From contig CAZNUA010000005.1 of assembly GCA_964576115.1 (NCBI GenBank), positions 1 through 64,000 on the forward strand: DNA of 64,000 nucleotides. Reading direction: 5' to 3'. The stretch is from an uncultured Gemmatimonadota bacterium. Its GTDB lineage: Bacteria > Blakebacterota > Blakebacteria > Blakebacterales > Blakebacteraceae. Both the position numbers and the translations under genes were made by a program. Under the pieces are notes generated by a model. The model searched no databases, had not been told where the DNA came from, and was given only the letters and a program-made list of their open reading frames with translations. Positions 10,473 to 18,847 of this stretch are shown here, in pieces (position 1 is the stretch's first letter; each line of letters opens with the position of its first letter).

Positions 10473-11580
10473 CCGGCGAAGGAGGGGGCATGCCCCTGCC
10501 GGCGCGCCGGGCGGCGGTCAGTATGAGCTTGGCGGCGGTCTGGGCTTCGGCCAGACCCTGACTGAGCCGGCCGTTCTCGAGGTGTGTCCGGGCTGCCGTC
10601 AGGTGTTCGCCGGCCTGGTTCCAGAGCCGGCGGACGGCGGCCTCGGAACGGCTGGCCAGATCTGAGTGCAGCTCCAGCAGTTCCTCGGCGTGGGCGATGG
10701 CGGTGGCCACGGCTTCGGGATTCAGAACTCCGATCGCCAGGCGCCCGGCCAGACGGGCCGCGGTGCGAGCGGTCAGCGTGCCGGCCAGAGCCTGACGCAG
10801 CTCGCCGGCCGAGAAGAAGCGTTCGGCCTCGGCCTGGGCTTCCCGGGCCCGCTCGAGGGCGGTGCGAGCGGTCTCGACGAGATCGGGCGTATCCTCGATC
10901 CGCTCGATCCGGCGGGTGGTGTCGTCGAGTTCGCGGCGCACGGCCTCCTGGGTCAGTCCGGTACGATCCATATGGCGCAGTACCTGGCGGATCAGGTTCT
11001 CGCTCTGTTCCATGAGACGGAAGGCCTGCAGGAGGTTGCCCTGCCGCCGTGCCTGCAGCGAGCGCTGATAAGCACTGTTCGCGAGAGTCAGCTGGCGGGT
11101 TACCTCGGGTGGGGCGTTTGCCCCGAGCCCTTCACGCAGGAATTGCAGGAGTTCAGAGTTGCGTTCCTCCATTCGCCCGAAATAGGGCAGGCGCTGAGCC
11201 AGGCGGCGGATCTGGGCCGAAAGCTGGCGGAGCTGGTCGTGGTTACGCCGGGCCAGAGCTTCGGCCTGGGTCCGGCGTCCGGCCTGGTAGTGCCCCTGGG
11301 CGGTTACCCACTGGCTGCGCAGGGTCTGCAGGCGTCTCAGGATCGCGTCGTCGCCGATCCGCCGGGCCAGGGGAAGGAGTTCCTCGTAGAGCACCCGGGC
11401 CTGTTCGAGAACCTGCTCCGCCTGTCGGTTCTGACCGGGGGATTGCGCGCTCACCGTGCGGATGGGGGTCCCGACCATGATCGTGGCGGCCGCAATAACG
11501 AGCCACAATCCCCCGGGAACTCTCGATGCCGGGCGATGCCCGTCGTCCGTATTTTTCAGAATGTGTCCGGCCATGATCAT
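10462..11580 (-). CDS. Hypothetical exported all-helical repeat protein
   Basis: Hydrophobic segment ending VSAQ; repeated Ala/Arg/Gln-rich helical hairpins (AQGHYQAG, AERFFSAG, ARTHLENG); GAGGGAG RBS before ATG 11580. Confidence 0.7.
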   Translation of the reverse strand: MIMAGHILKNTDDGHRPASRVPGGLWLVIAAATIMVGTPIRTVSAQSPGQNRQAEQVLEQARVLYEELLPLARRIGDDAILRRLQTLRSQWVTAQGHYQAGRRTQAEALARRNHDQLRQLSAQIRRLAQRLPYFGRMEERNSELLQFLREGLGANAPPEVTRQLTLANSAYQRSLQARRQGNLLQAFRLMEQSENLIRQVLRHMDRTGLTQEAVRRELDDTTRRIERIEDTPDLVETARTALERAREAQAEAERFFSAGELRQALAGTLTARTAARLAGRLAIGVLNPEAVATAIAHAEELLELHSDLASRSEAAVRRLWNQAGEHLTAARTHLENGRLSQGLAEAQTAAKLILTAARRAGRGMPPPSPDES

Positions 11581-11667
11581 GCTCCCTCGGAACCCCTGGC
11601 CGATCGGTCCCATTGCGGATGAAAGGGATCGGACGGGTGTTTGGTGAAGCTCTCTCCGGCGTAGTAA

Positions 11668-11684
11668 CGCAACTGGTGTGCCAA
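11668..11684 (-). promoter_or_regulatory. Sigma54 (-24/-12) promoter
   Basis: Minus strand TTGGCACACCAGTTGCG, an exact GG-N10-GC, about 90 nt upstream of the 11580 start. Confidence 0.8.
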
Positions 11685-11822
11685 TGGCGGTGAAGACCTC
11701 GAGGAGCGTCGAGTGAAATTTCTATTTTATTGTTTAGCAGGAATTTGTCGAGGAAACACAGCGGGGGGTACGGGGCCTGGAGAACCTGACGGGAGGGATA
11801 TGGATCCCAAAACGTACCATAT

Positions 11823-11840
11823 GGGACACAGGGTTGTCCC
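11823..11840. promoter_or_regulatory. Candidate upstream activator sequence (inverted repeat)
   Basis: GGGACA-N6-TGTCCC about 140 bp upstream of the sigma54 site, with an AT-rich IHF-like tract at about 11715-11740 in between. Confidence 0.45.
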
Positions 11841-11852
11841 GCTCAGGGCGCC

Positions 11853-12758
11853 TCACAGGCTACCGGCGTACTCGATCAGGGCCAGCAGGGCGGCCGGATA
11901 GGTGGAGTAGGTCACACTCCCGACGACCCAGCTGGCCGGATCGGCTGAATCCAGCCCGTTCCCCGGTACGAGCTGATTCATCAGATCCTGGGCGTGAGCG
12001 AACCAGTCCTCGCCGCTCAGGAAATAGATCTGAGCCAGGAGCAGGCGGATCAGGTCGGCGTCGATGGCGGGGTCGTGACGGAAAACATAGTGGGGATCCA
12101 GATCCAGCAGTTGCGTACCGTATACCCGGGCCTTGGTCAGACGACCGGGCAGTTCGCGATACACGATGATTCCGCCGGCCCGGGCATCGGTGCTGGCGGC
12201 CTGGTGCTGGATGGCGGTATCGAAATAGGACGCGGCTGTCGCCAGATCGTTCTGTTTCAGCAGGTTCCAGCCGAGTCCGGAATAGGCCGGGCCGTAATCC
12301 GGATCGACGTTGAGAGCGTCCTGAAAGTGATCGGCGGCACCGGCATAGTCACCCTCTTCCCAGGCGCTCCATCCCCGCTCGGTCAGCAGGGCGGCGTTGT
12401 AGGGGGTGGCGCTCACCTCCCGGGAGCGCTCGCCTTCGTTGCCGGCTTCGTCGACAGCCGAGATCGAAAACCAGTACGTGGTTCCATTCTCCAGCCCGGC
12501 CACGATGGCGTCGGTCCGGGTCGTGGCATCGCACAGCTCGTGAACGCTCTGGCCCTCGGGCCGGCGCCAGATACTGTAGGAGACGAGATCGCGGGCCAGG
12601 GACGGCGTCCAGGAGAGCGAGACCTGCCCGTCTCCGGCGACAACGATCAGGCCGCGGGGCGCGTCGGGCGGGGTCCGGTCGGGCCCGGGACCGCCCCCGC
12701 AGGCGACGGTTGCGATCGTCAACAGAAGCAGAGCTGTCGGGGCGAGGCGGCTCATCAT
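11853..12758 (-). CDS. Lipoprotein with fibronectin type III and TPR domains
   Basis: TVAC lipobox; FN3 (DRTPPDAP...VSLSW...GLENGTTYWFSISAVD); TPR (GWSAWEEGDYAGAADHF, AYSGLGW). Confidence 0.8.
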   Translation of the reverse strand: MMSRLAPTALLLLTIATVACGGGPGPDRTPPDAPRGLIVVAGDGQVSLSWTPSLARDLVSYSIWRRPEGQSVHELCDATTRTDAIVAGLENGTTYWFSISAVDEAGNEGERSREVSATPYNAALLTERGWSAWEEGDYAGAADHFQDALNVDPDYGPAYSGLGWNLLKQNDLATAASYFDTAIQHQAASTDARAGGIIVYRELPGRLTKARVYGTQLLDLDPHYVFRHDPAIDADLIRLLLAQIYFLSGEDWFAHAQDLMNQLVPGNGLDSADPASWVVGSVTYSTYPAALLALIEYAGSL

Positions 12759-15493
12759 CGCAGCAGCGTCAGTTTGCGGGTCAAACGGGTGGTGCGGGTT
12801 TCGAGCACGGCCAGATAGATCCCGCTGGCCACCCGGCGGCCGTGCGCATCGGTGCCGTCCCAGCGGACCAGGTGACGGCCGGCGGCGCGGTAGCCGTCAG
12901 CCAGCACGCATACCGTCCGCCCGCGCACATCCACGATCGTGAGTCGAACCTCGCTCCCCGATCGCAGACTGAAAGCGAGCCGGGTGCTCGGATTGAAGGG
13001 GTTGGGCCAGGGTGGTTCGAGATCGGTCTGTGCCGGCCGGGGCGGGAAGGTCGAATCCTCGAAGCGCAGTTCGAAGGTGCCCTCGGACTCGACCAGGGCG
13101 GTGGCCGTGCCGGCCGAGAGATCGACTGCGGTTTCCAGCGCCTCCCACACCCCCTGCCTCTCGCGCCAGATGACGGGCGTTCGGCCGGCCGGGATCGACC
13201 GGGAAGTCCAGTCCATGACGATTTCGAGCGTCCGTCCGGGCACCCGTTCGGGAACGATGAGTGTATACCGGTCATCGCTCTCGAGCAGGGCGAAGGGGGC
13301 GTTCCGGTACACGGCTCCAGCTCCGGCCCGGGAGGTGAAGCGACCGTCGGCTGAAACCAGGGCGAAGGGCCGTCCCGCGGTCGCCAGCGCGACGGAAAGG
13401 GTCGCCTCGACCGAGGCGGCGTTCCCGGCGGCATCGGTCCCGGCGGCCCGGATGAGGTGCTGACCGGGGGTGAGGACGATGTCGGCCCGCATGATGGACG
13501 CGCCCGTACGCGCGATCCCGACCAGGTCGAGGAGGGTATCGTCAACCGTCATGCTGGAACCGGAAAGCGGCTCGCTGCCGACCAGGATGAGATCGAGATG
13601 GTCGCTCAGAACGGGATTGCGCAGGATGCCGAGGGTCAGGTCGGGAGCGGTGGCATCGACCGTGAACGACCCCGGTCCTCCGCTGTTGACCCGCCGGTGT
13701 CCGGTGTCATCGAAGGCCGACACCCGCCAGTGCCAGAGTACCCCCTCGGTCAGAGCCGAGGCCCAGACGAGGCCGGTGCCGCTCGCCGTATCCCGCGCTG
13801 CGGTGGCGAAGGTCCGGCTGGTATCGAGTTCGACCTCGTACCTGACGCCGCCCCACCCGGCCGAGGGGCTGTAAGCGTCCCAGGCCAGCTGCGGCCGGGT
13901 CTCGGCCAGGAGCGCTCCGACGGTCGGGGCGTTCAGGGCGAAACTGGGGGTGGTGAAGATATCGACCGCCATGGTGTCGGCGCTCGGGCTCTGCAGCACG
14001 ACCTCGACGTTACTATCCTCTCCGCTGCGGGTGGTACTGGCAGGCACCCCACCCGCCCAGAAATGGGTGTTGCCGGTCACGCCCGGCCACGGATCGCCGG
14101 CATCTCCGCGGTTGACGTTGGCTTCGAGGTGGAAGAGACCGTCGGCCTGTTCGAGCGCCCAGCGCAGGTCGAGGGGATTTGTGTTGACCGTCGTGACCCC
14201 GTCGTTGATGTGGTAGATCAACAGGCCGGGGCTGTGCAGCCAGGCGTCGAAACCATACGCCTGGCGGTTCTCGGCCAGGAAATATTCGTCCGGTTCCATG
14301 GCGTTCGAGTGCAACCGCACGAGGGTACCCGTGCGATAGACATCGGGCAGGTGTAGGCCGACGGCGTCGGTGGCGTCGAGTTCGATCAGGTCTTCGTACC
14401 AGCCGAGTTCGTAGCGTGAAACGGCGCACATGGCCGCCGGGCTGAAAGTGCGGTTCCAGTTTCCGCTGGCCATCAGGGCCCATTCGCCCAGGCCCTCGCT
14501 CTCGCCCCCCGAGTCTGCGCCGTCGATATCGTAGTAATCCGGCAGGCCGAAGGCATGCCCCATCTCGTGGGCGAACACGCCGACGTCGATCAGGCCCGAC
14601 GTGCCCTCTCGCGTGGCACAGTTCTGCATCGGCTGCATGACGTAGTCCCTGATCTTGACATGGCCGCCGAAACCGTCTTCGTCATCGGTTTCGAGATAGG
14701 CATACGTGCCGCGCAGCGCCGCCGAGGCCCAGTGGTAGGCCCAGCGGTGCGACCAGTAGCCCTTGGCGACCGGGTTGATGCTCGTACACTCGTAGCCCTT
14801 GAGGTTGTGCACCAGGATCAGGACGTCGACGAACCCGTCTTTCGGATTCACGTCGTACCGGCTGAAATCGACACTGTCGTCCACCGCCGCCACGACCTGA
14901 TCGATCCACTCGAGCAAGTGGTCGTCGACACTGTCGCCGTTGTTGTCGCGGTAGTAATCGGCGGCCGAATCGACCTGGGCGTAACCGAAGACATCGCCCT
15001 GCATGATGACCCGGCCGAAAGAGACGGCCTCGTAGTAATCCCGCAGCGAACCGGTGTGATCGTCCCCGGTATGGCCGGGAGCGAAGAGACGCTCGGCGAG
15101 TTCGGCCGGATCGTGACCGGCCCAATCGTTGGGGGGCGCGAAGCGTCCGACGATCACGGGATAGCGGAAGGAGTCGGCCACGGCCGTGGCCCTCCCGGCC
15201 GCTTCTGCTGAGGCGATCGACATCGCTCCCCGTGCAATCGCCCGGCGGGTGGCCCGGACCTGCTCGAGGAGAGGTTTGTGGGCCACGGCGAACTCGAAGG
15301 CATGGGGATCGACGGCGCGCAGGCGCCGGGCCAGGGGGGTGTCGGGGTATTCGCGGTGACGGTTGGGGTTGGATCGTCCGGGTTCCTGCGGCTGGGCCAG
15401 GGCACCGGTCAGCTGCAGGACCGCGGCGAGCAGGGCCGAAGCGGCCAGCGGCGCCGAGCGCCGGACGATATGCCGTGACGGACGGTTGTGCAT
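12755..15493 (-). CDS. M6 family (immune inhibitor A-like) metalloprotease with C-terminal FlgD-Ig/T9SS-type sorting domain
   Basis: SLRDYYEAVSFG, YWSHRW, HEMGHAFGLPDYYD, WALMASGNW, EYFLAENRQ; C-terminus PNPFNPST...WDGTD...VASGIY...TRKLTLLR; start taken at MHNRPS (ORF track 15616). Confidence 0.88.
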   Translation of the reverse strand: MHNRPSRHIVRRSAPLAASALLAAVLQLTGALAQPQEPGRSNPNRHREYPDTPLARRLRAVDPHAFEFAVAHKPLLEQVRATRRAIARGAMSIASAEAAGRATAVADSFRYPVIVGRFAPPNDWAGHDPAELAERLFAPGHTGDDHTGSLRDYYEAVSFGRVIMQGDVFGYAQVDSAADYYRDNNGDSVDDHLLEWIDQVVAAVDDSVDFSRYDVNPKDGFVDVLILVHNLKGYECTSINPVAKGYWSHRWAYHWASAALRGTYAYLETDDEDGFGGHVKIRDYVMQPMQNCATREGTSGLIDVGVFAHEMGHAFGLPDYYDIDGADSGGESEGLGEWALMASGNWNRTFSPAAMCAVSRYELGWYEDLIELDATDAVGLHLPDVYRTGTLVRLHSNAMEPDEYFLAENRQAYGFDAWLHSPGLLIYHINDGVTTVNTNPLDLRWALEQADGLFHLEANVNRGDAGDPWPGVTGNTHFWAGGVPASTTRSGEDSNVEVVLQSPSADTMAVDIFTTPSFALNAPTVGALLAETRPQLAWDAYSPSAGWGGVRYEVELDTSRTFATAARDTASGTGLVWASALTEGVLWHWRVSAFDDTGHRRVNSGGPGSFTVDATAPDLTLGILRNPVLSDHLDLILVGSEPLSGSSMTVDDTLLDLVGIARTGASIMRADIVLTPGQHLIRAAGTDAAGNAASVEATLSVALATAGRPFALVSADGRFTSRAGAGAVYRNAPFALLESDDRYTLIVPERVPGRTLEIVMDWTSRSIPAGRTPVIWRERQGVWEALETAVDLSAGTATALVESEGTFELRFEDSTFPPRPAQTDLEPPWPNPFNPSTRLAFSLRSGSEVRLTIVDVRGRTVCVLADGYRAAGRHLVRWDGTDAHGRRVASGIYLAVLETRTTRLTRKLTLLR

Positions 15494-15605
15494 GGGTTCT
15501 GGTTGGTTACACTGTACTCCTGTCGGCGGGCACCGGGAGCACTTTTTTTTCTGCTGACAGGGGTGCCGACCGGTACCAGTGAGAAAAACGTATCCGCCCC
15601 CGGAG

Positions 15606-16496
15606 ATGATGACCATGCGGTTGCTGATTTTTACCGATGTGGACGGGACCCTGATCGATTTTGCGACCTACGAACCGGGGCCGGCGACCGGTGCCCTCGA
15701 GCGCTGCCGGCGGCTGGGCGTGCCGGTCATCCCCGTGACCAGCAAGTCGGCGGTCGAGATCGTGCGGTTGCGCTCCCGGCTCGGGCTCGAGGCTCCCTTC
15801 GCCGTCGAGAACGGGGCGGCGATCTGGGTGCCGGTAACCGATCCCGTCGCCTCGGCCGCCGGATCCCTGGCCGGCGAACGGGATATCCCTGCCGACACCC
15901 GTGACGGCTACCTGCGGGTCGTGTCCGGTACCCCCCGGGCAGAACTCGTGGCAGGTCTCGATGACGTTCTCTCCGGCCTGGGGGTCGAGAACCGGTCCCT
16001 GAGCGCCATGACGACCGAAGAGGTCGCCGAGCGGACCGGTCTGGGATCCGCCGCAGCCGCTGCGGCCGCCGACCGGGAGTTCTCGGAACCCTTCCTGCTG
16101 CTGCGCGAGGGCCGGATGCTGACCCCGGACGAACGGATCGCCCTGTTTCCCGAACTCGAGATGCGAGCCCGGGAAAGGGGTCTGACCTGTCTGCTCGGAG
16201 GGCGTTTTTTCCACCTGCTCGGTGTCCACAACAAGGGCACCGCGGTCCGTTTCCTGATCGAGGCGTACCGCCGCTCGCTCGCGGCGGGCGAGCCACCGCC
16301 GCTCACCATGGCTCTCGGAGACGCCCCCAACGACGGCGACATGCTCGCCGTCGTGGATCACCCCGTGCTCATCGCCCGCCCCGACGGCACGCACGCTTCT
16401 CTCTTTCGTCTCGCCGGGCTCGAGCGGGTCGACGGAATCGGCCCGGCCGGCTGGGCCGTCGCCGTTTCGGCCCGGCTCGACGCCCTCGGGGATTGA
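15606..16496 (+). CDS. gpgP: HAD-IIB glucosyl/mannosyl-3-phosphoglycerate phosphatase
   Basis: FTDVDGTL, VTSKS, ENGA, REFSEP, GGRFFHL, KG and LGDAPND motifs; adjacent to gpgS. Confidence 0.85.
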   Translation: MMTMRLLIFTDVDGTLIDFATYEPGPATGALERCRRLGVPVIPVTSKSAVEIVRLRSRLGLEAPFAVENGAAIWVPVTDPVASAAGSLAGERDIPADTRDGYLRVVSGTPRAELVAGLDDVLSGLGVENRSLSAMTTEEVAERTGLGSAAAAAAADREFSEPFLLLREGRMLTPDERIALFPELEMRARERGLTCLLGGRFFHLLGVHNKGTAVRFLIEAYRRSLAAGEPPPLTMALGDAPNDGDMLAVVDHPVLIARPDGTHASLFRLAGLERVDGIGPAGWAVAVSARLDALGD

Positions 16497-16601
16497 TCTT
16501 TACCCTTCCTTCTGAGTCGGTCATCATCATGATCTGTTCGCCGGGGTTTGCGTTCGGGCCGCAGGACCGATCCCCCGGACCGGAAGGGGAGGTTTTCTCT
16601 C

Positions 16602-17822
16602 ATGGGTGATTTCTATCAGAGTCGGGTCATCGCGACCTATCATCAACTCGGCCACCGCGATCTGGAAGAACTCGAAACCGAACTCGAGCGCCTGGGCCAG
16701 AGCCATCGTCTGGTTCTGGTCCTGCCGGCTCTGTATTCCGAGTTCGAACGGCCGGCCCTGCCCCGGATCGTGGAACAGCTCACCGGGGCGACCTATATCG
16801 ACGAGATCGTCCTGGCCCTGGGCCGGGCCGGTGCAGAGCAGTTCGCTCATGCCCGAGAATTCATGAATGCACTGCCGCAGAAGGTCAGCATCATCTGGAT
16901 CGATGCCCCCGGCGTTCAGGATGTCCTGCACGCCATGGAGGATATCGGTCTCTTCGTCGGCGAGCCGGGCAAGGGACAGGCTGTCTGGCTCGCGTACGGT
17001 TACATCCTCGGCTCGGCCGAATTCAGCGTCATCGCGGTGCACGACTGCGACATTCTCTCCTACGACCGGGGCCTGCTCGCCCGGCTGGTCTACCCCGCCC
17101 TGAACCGGAACCTCGGACTGGAGTTCGTCAAGGGGTACTACGCCCGGGTTACCGACCGCATGTACGGCCGGGTCACCCGGCTCTTTATCACGCCGGTGGT
17201 GCGGGCTTTGATCCAGTTGCTGGGCCATCAGCCCTTCCTGACCTACGTCGACGATTTCCGGTACCCCCTGGCGGGGGAGGTGGCCATGACCAGCGACCTG
17301 GCCCGCCTGATCCGGATCCCGGGTGGCTGGGGTCTCGAGGTGGCGACCCTGGCCGAGGTCTACCGCAACGTCAACCCGAAGCGGATCTGCCAGGTCGATC
17401 TGGCCGACATATACGAGCACAAGCACCAGCCCCTGTCGCAGGGCGATCCGGGGGCCGGGTTGATGAAGATGTGCGTCGACATCTCCAAGAGCATCTTTCA
17501 TACCCTCGCCAGCGAGGGCATATCTTTCGGAGAGGGGCTCTTCCGCAGCCTGCACGCCGCCTATCTGCGCCACGCCCAGGACACGATCCGCAAGTGCGCC
17601 GGTGATGCCGTTCTCAACGGTCTCATCTACGACCGTCACAAAGAAGGTCTGGCGGTCGAGACCTTCGCTCAGGCGCTTCAGATCGGCGGTGAAGAGTTCA
17701 AATCGAAACCCTCCGGAACCTCGGAGATTCCCAACTGGAGCCGGGTGGCCGATGCTCTGCCCGACATCCATGACCGCCTGGTGGAGGTGGTCCGCGAGCT
17801 CAACGAGGACGCCGGCGCCTGA
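16602..17822 (+). CDS. gpgS: Glucosyl-3-phosphoglycerate synthase (GT81-like)
   Basis: MGDFYQ start with GGAGG RBS; GKGQAVW, HDCDI, KGYYAR, GRVTRL, FRYPLAGE, WGLEV and YEHKHQ motifs. Confidence 0.85.
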   Translation: MGDFYQSRVIATYHQLGHRDLEELETELERLGQSHRLVLVLPALYSEFERPALPRIVEQLTGATYIDEIVLALGRAGAEQFAHAREFMNALPQKVSIIWIDAPGVQDVLHAMEDIGLFVGEPGKGQAVWLAYGYILGSAEFSVIAVHDCDILSYDRGLLARLVYPALNRNLGLEFVKGYYARVTDRMYGRVTRLFITPVVRALIQLLGHQPFLTYVDDFRYPLAGEVAMTSDLARLIRIPGGWGLEVATLAEVYRNVNPKRICQVDLADIYEHKHQPLSQGDPGAGLMKMCVDISKSIFHTLASEGISFGEGLFRSLHAAYLRHAQDTIRKCAGDAVLNGLIYDRHKEGLAVETFAQALQIGGEEFKSKPSGTSEIPNWSRVADALPDIHDRLVEVVRELNEDAGA

Positions 17823-17878
17823 ACCTCGGCGGTGCGGCGCCCGGGCCCGCAATTCCATACCTGGAGGTCCGAAACTCC

Positions 17879-17908
17879 TTGACGCCGTATGCGGCAGCTT
17901 TGTATAAG
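17879..17908 (+). promoter_or_regulatory. Candidate sigma70 promoter for the Rrf2 gene
   Basis: TTGACG-N18-TATAAG followed by an A-rich tract. Confidence 0.4.
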
Positions 17909-17991
17909 CAAAAAACGAGAAATCTGTCCGAAATACCGGAGGCCCTGGTTCAGGGTTCCGGTTCAACCCCCGGAGCCGTGTAGAAAAGCCT

Positions 17992-18435
17992 GTGATTTAC
18001 TCGAGTTCGACGGAATATGCGATACGGGCCCTGACCTACCTCGCCCGCAAGCCCGAAGGAACGGCGGTGCCCATCAAGGATGTTGCCGAGAAGGAAGACC
18101 TCCCCCCCCACTTTCTGGCCAAGATCATGCAGACCCTGGCCAAATCGGGAGTGCTTTCCTCGTATAAGGGACCGACCGGTGGTTTCGCTCTGGCCCGTCC
18201 CGCCGGCGAGATCACGCTGTACCATATCGTCGAAGCTCTCGACGATCTCTCCAACTACGATCACTGCGCCGTGGGTCTGGCCGAGTGTTCCGATGAGAAT
18301 CCCTGCCCGCTGCACAACATGTGGAAAGGCGTACGGACCGCCGTGCTCGATTACTTCCGGCGGACCACTCTCGTCGATCTCGCCAGTGCGATCGAAACCA
18401 AAAAGGCCCATCCCGCCCGGAATCCGGGGGAGTAG
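17992..18435 (+). CDS. Rrf2 family transcriptional regulator, probably Fe-S binding
   Basis: EYAIRAL, FLAKIMQTL, KGPTGGFALAR; three Cys in CAVGLAECSDENPCPLH. Confidence 0.92.
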   Translation: MIYSSSTEYAIRALTYLARKPEGTAVPIKDVAEKEDLPPHFLAKIMQTLAKSGVLSSYKGPTGGFALARPAGEITLYHIVEALDDLSNYDHCAVGLAECSDENPCPLHNMWKGVRTAVLDYFRRTTLVDLASAIETKKAHPARNPGE

Positions 18436-18459
18436 CCGAAGGGAACCGCGGATCGCTCC

Positions 18460-18840
18460 ATGGCCCATATCCTGGTTATCGATTCAGAAGACACGGCGGC
18501 CAACGAGCTCATACGGGTTCTGAAAAAGAAAGGGCACACCGCCGACCGGGTCCGTGACACCGCCGCCACCTACGCCTATCTGCGCGAGCGGGTTCCCAGC
18601 CTCTTCATCCTCGATCTGATGGCCGCGATCAGGGGACGGCCCACCGACCTGCCCGAGGGCGTACGCCTGCTCGCCCAGCTTTATCTCGATCATCCCGAGG
18701 TGCCCCTGATCGTCTATTCCCGCTCCCGCAAGTACCGGCAGCAGTTCTGGTCGTGGGCCGCAGCGGCCCACATCAGCAAGCGCGAAGGCACCGCCACCCT
18801 GACCGAAGTGATCGAGAAGCTTCTCGGAAGCCGGAGCTGA
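18460..18840 (+). CDS. Single-domain response regulator (receiver)
   Basis: HILVIDSE, LFILD (phospho-Asp), PLIVYS and HISK. Confidence 0.75.
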   Translation: MAHILVIDSEDTAANELIRVLKKKGHTADRVRDTAATYAYLRERVPSLFILDLMAAIRGRPTDLPEGVRLLAQLYLDHPEVPLIVYSRSRKYRQQFWSWAAAAHISKREGTATLTEVIEKLLGSRS

Positions 18841-18847
18841 GCCGCTT

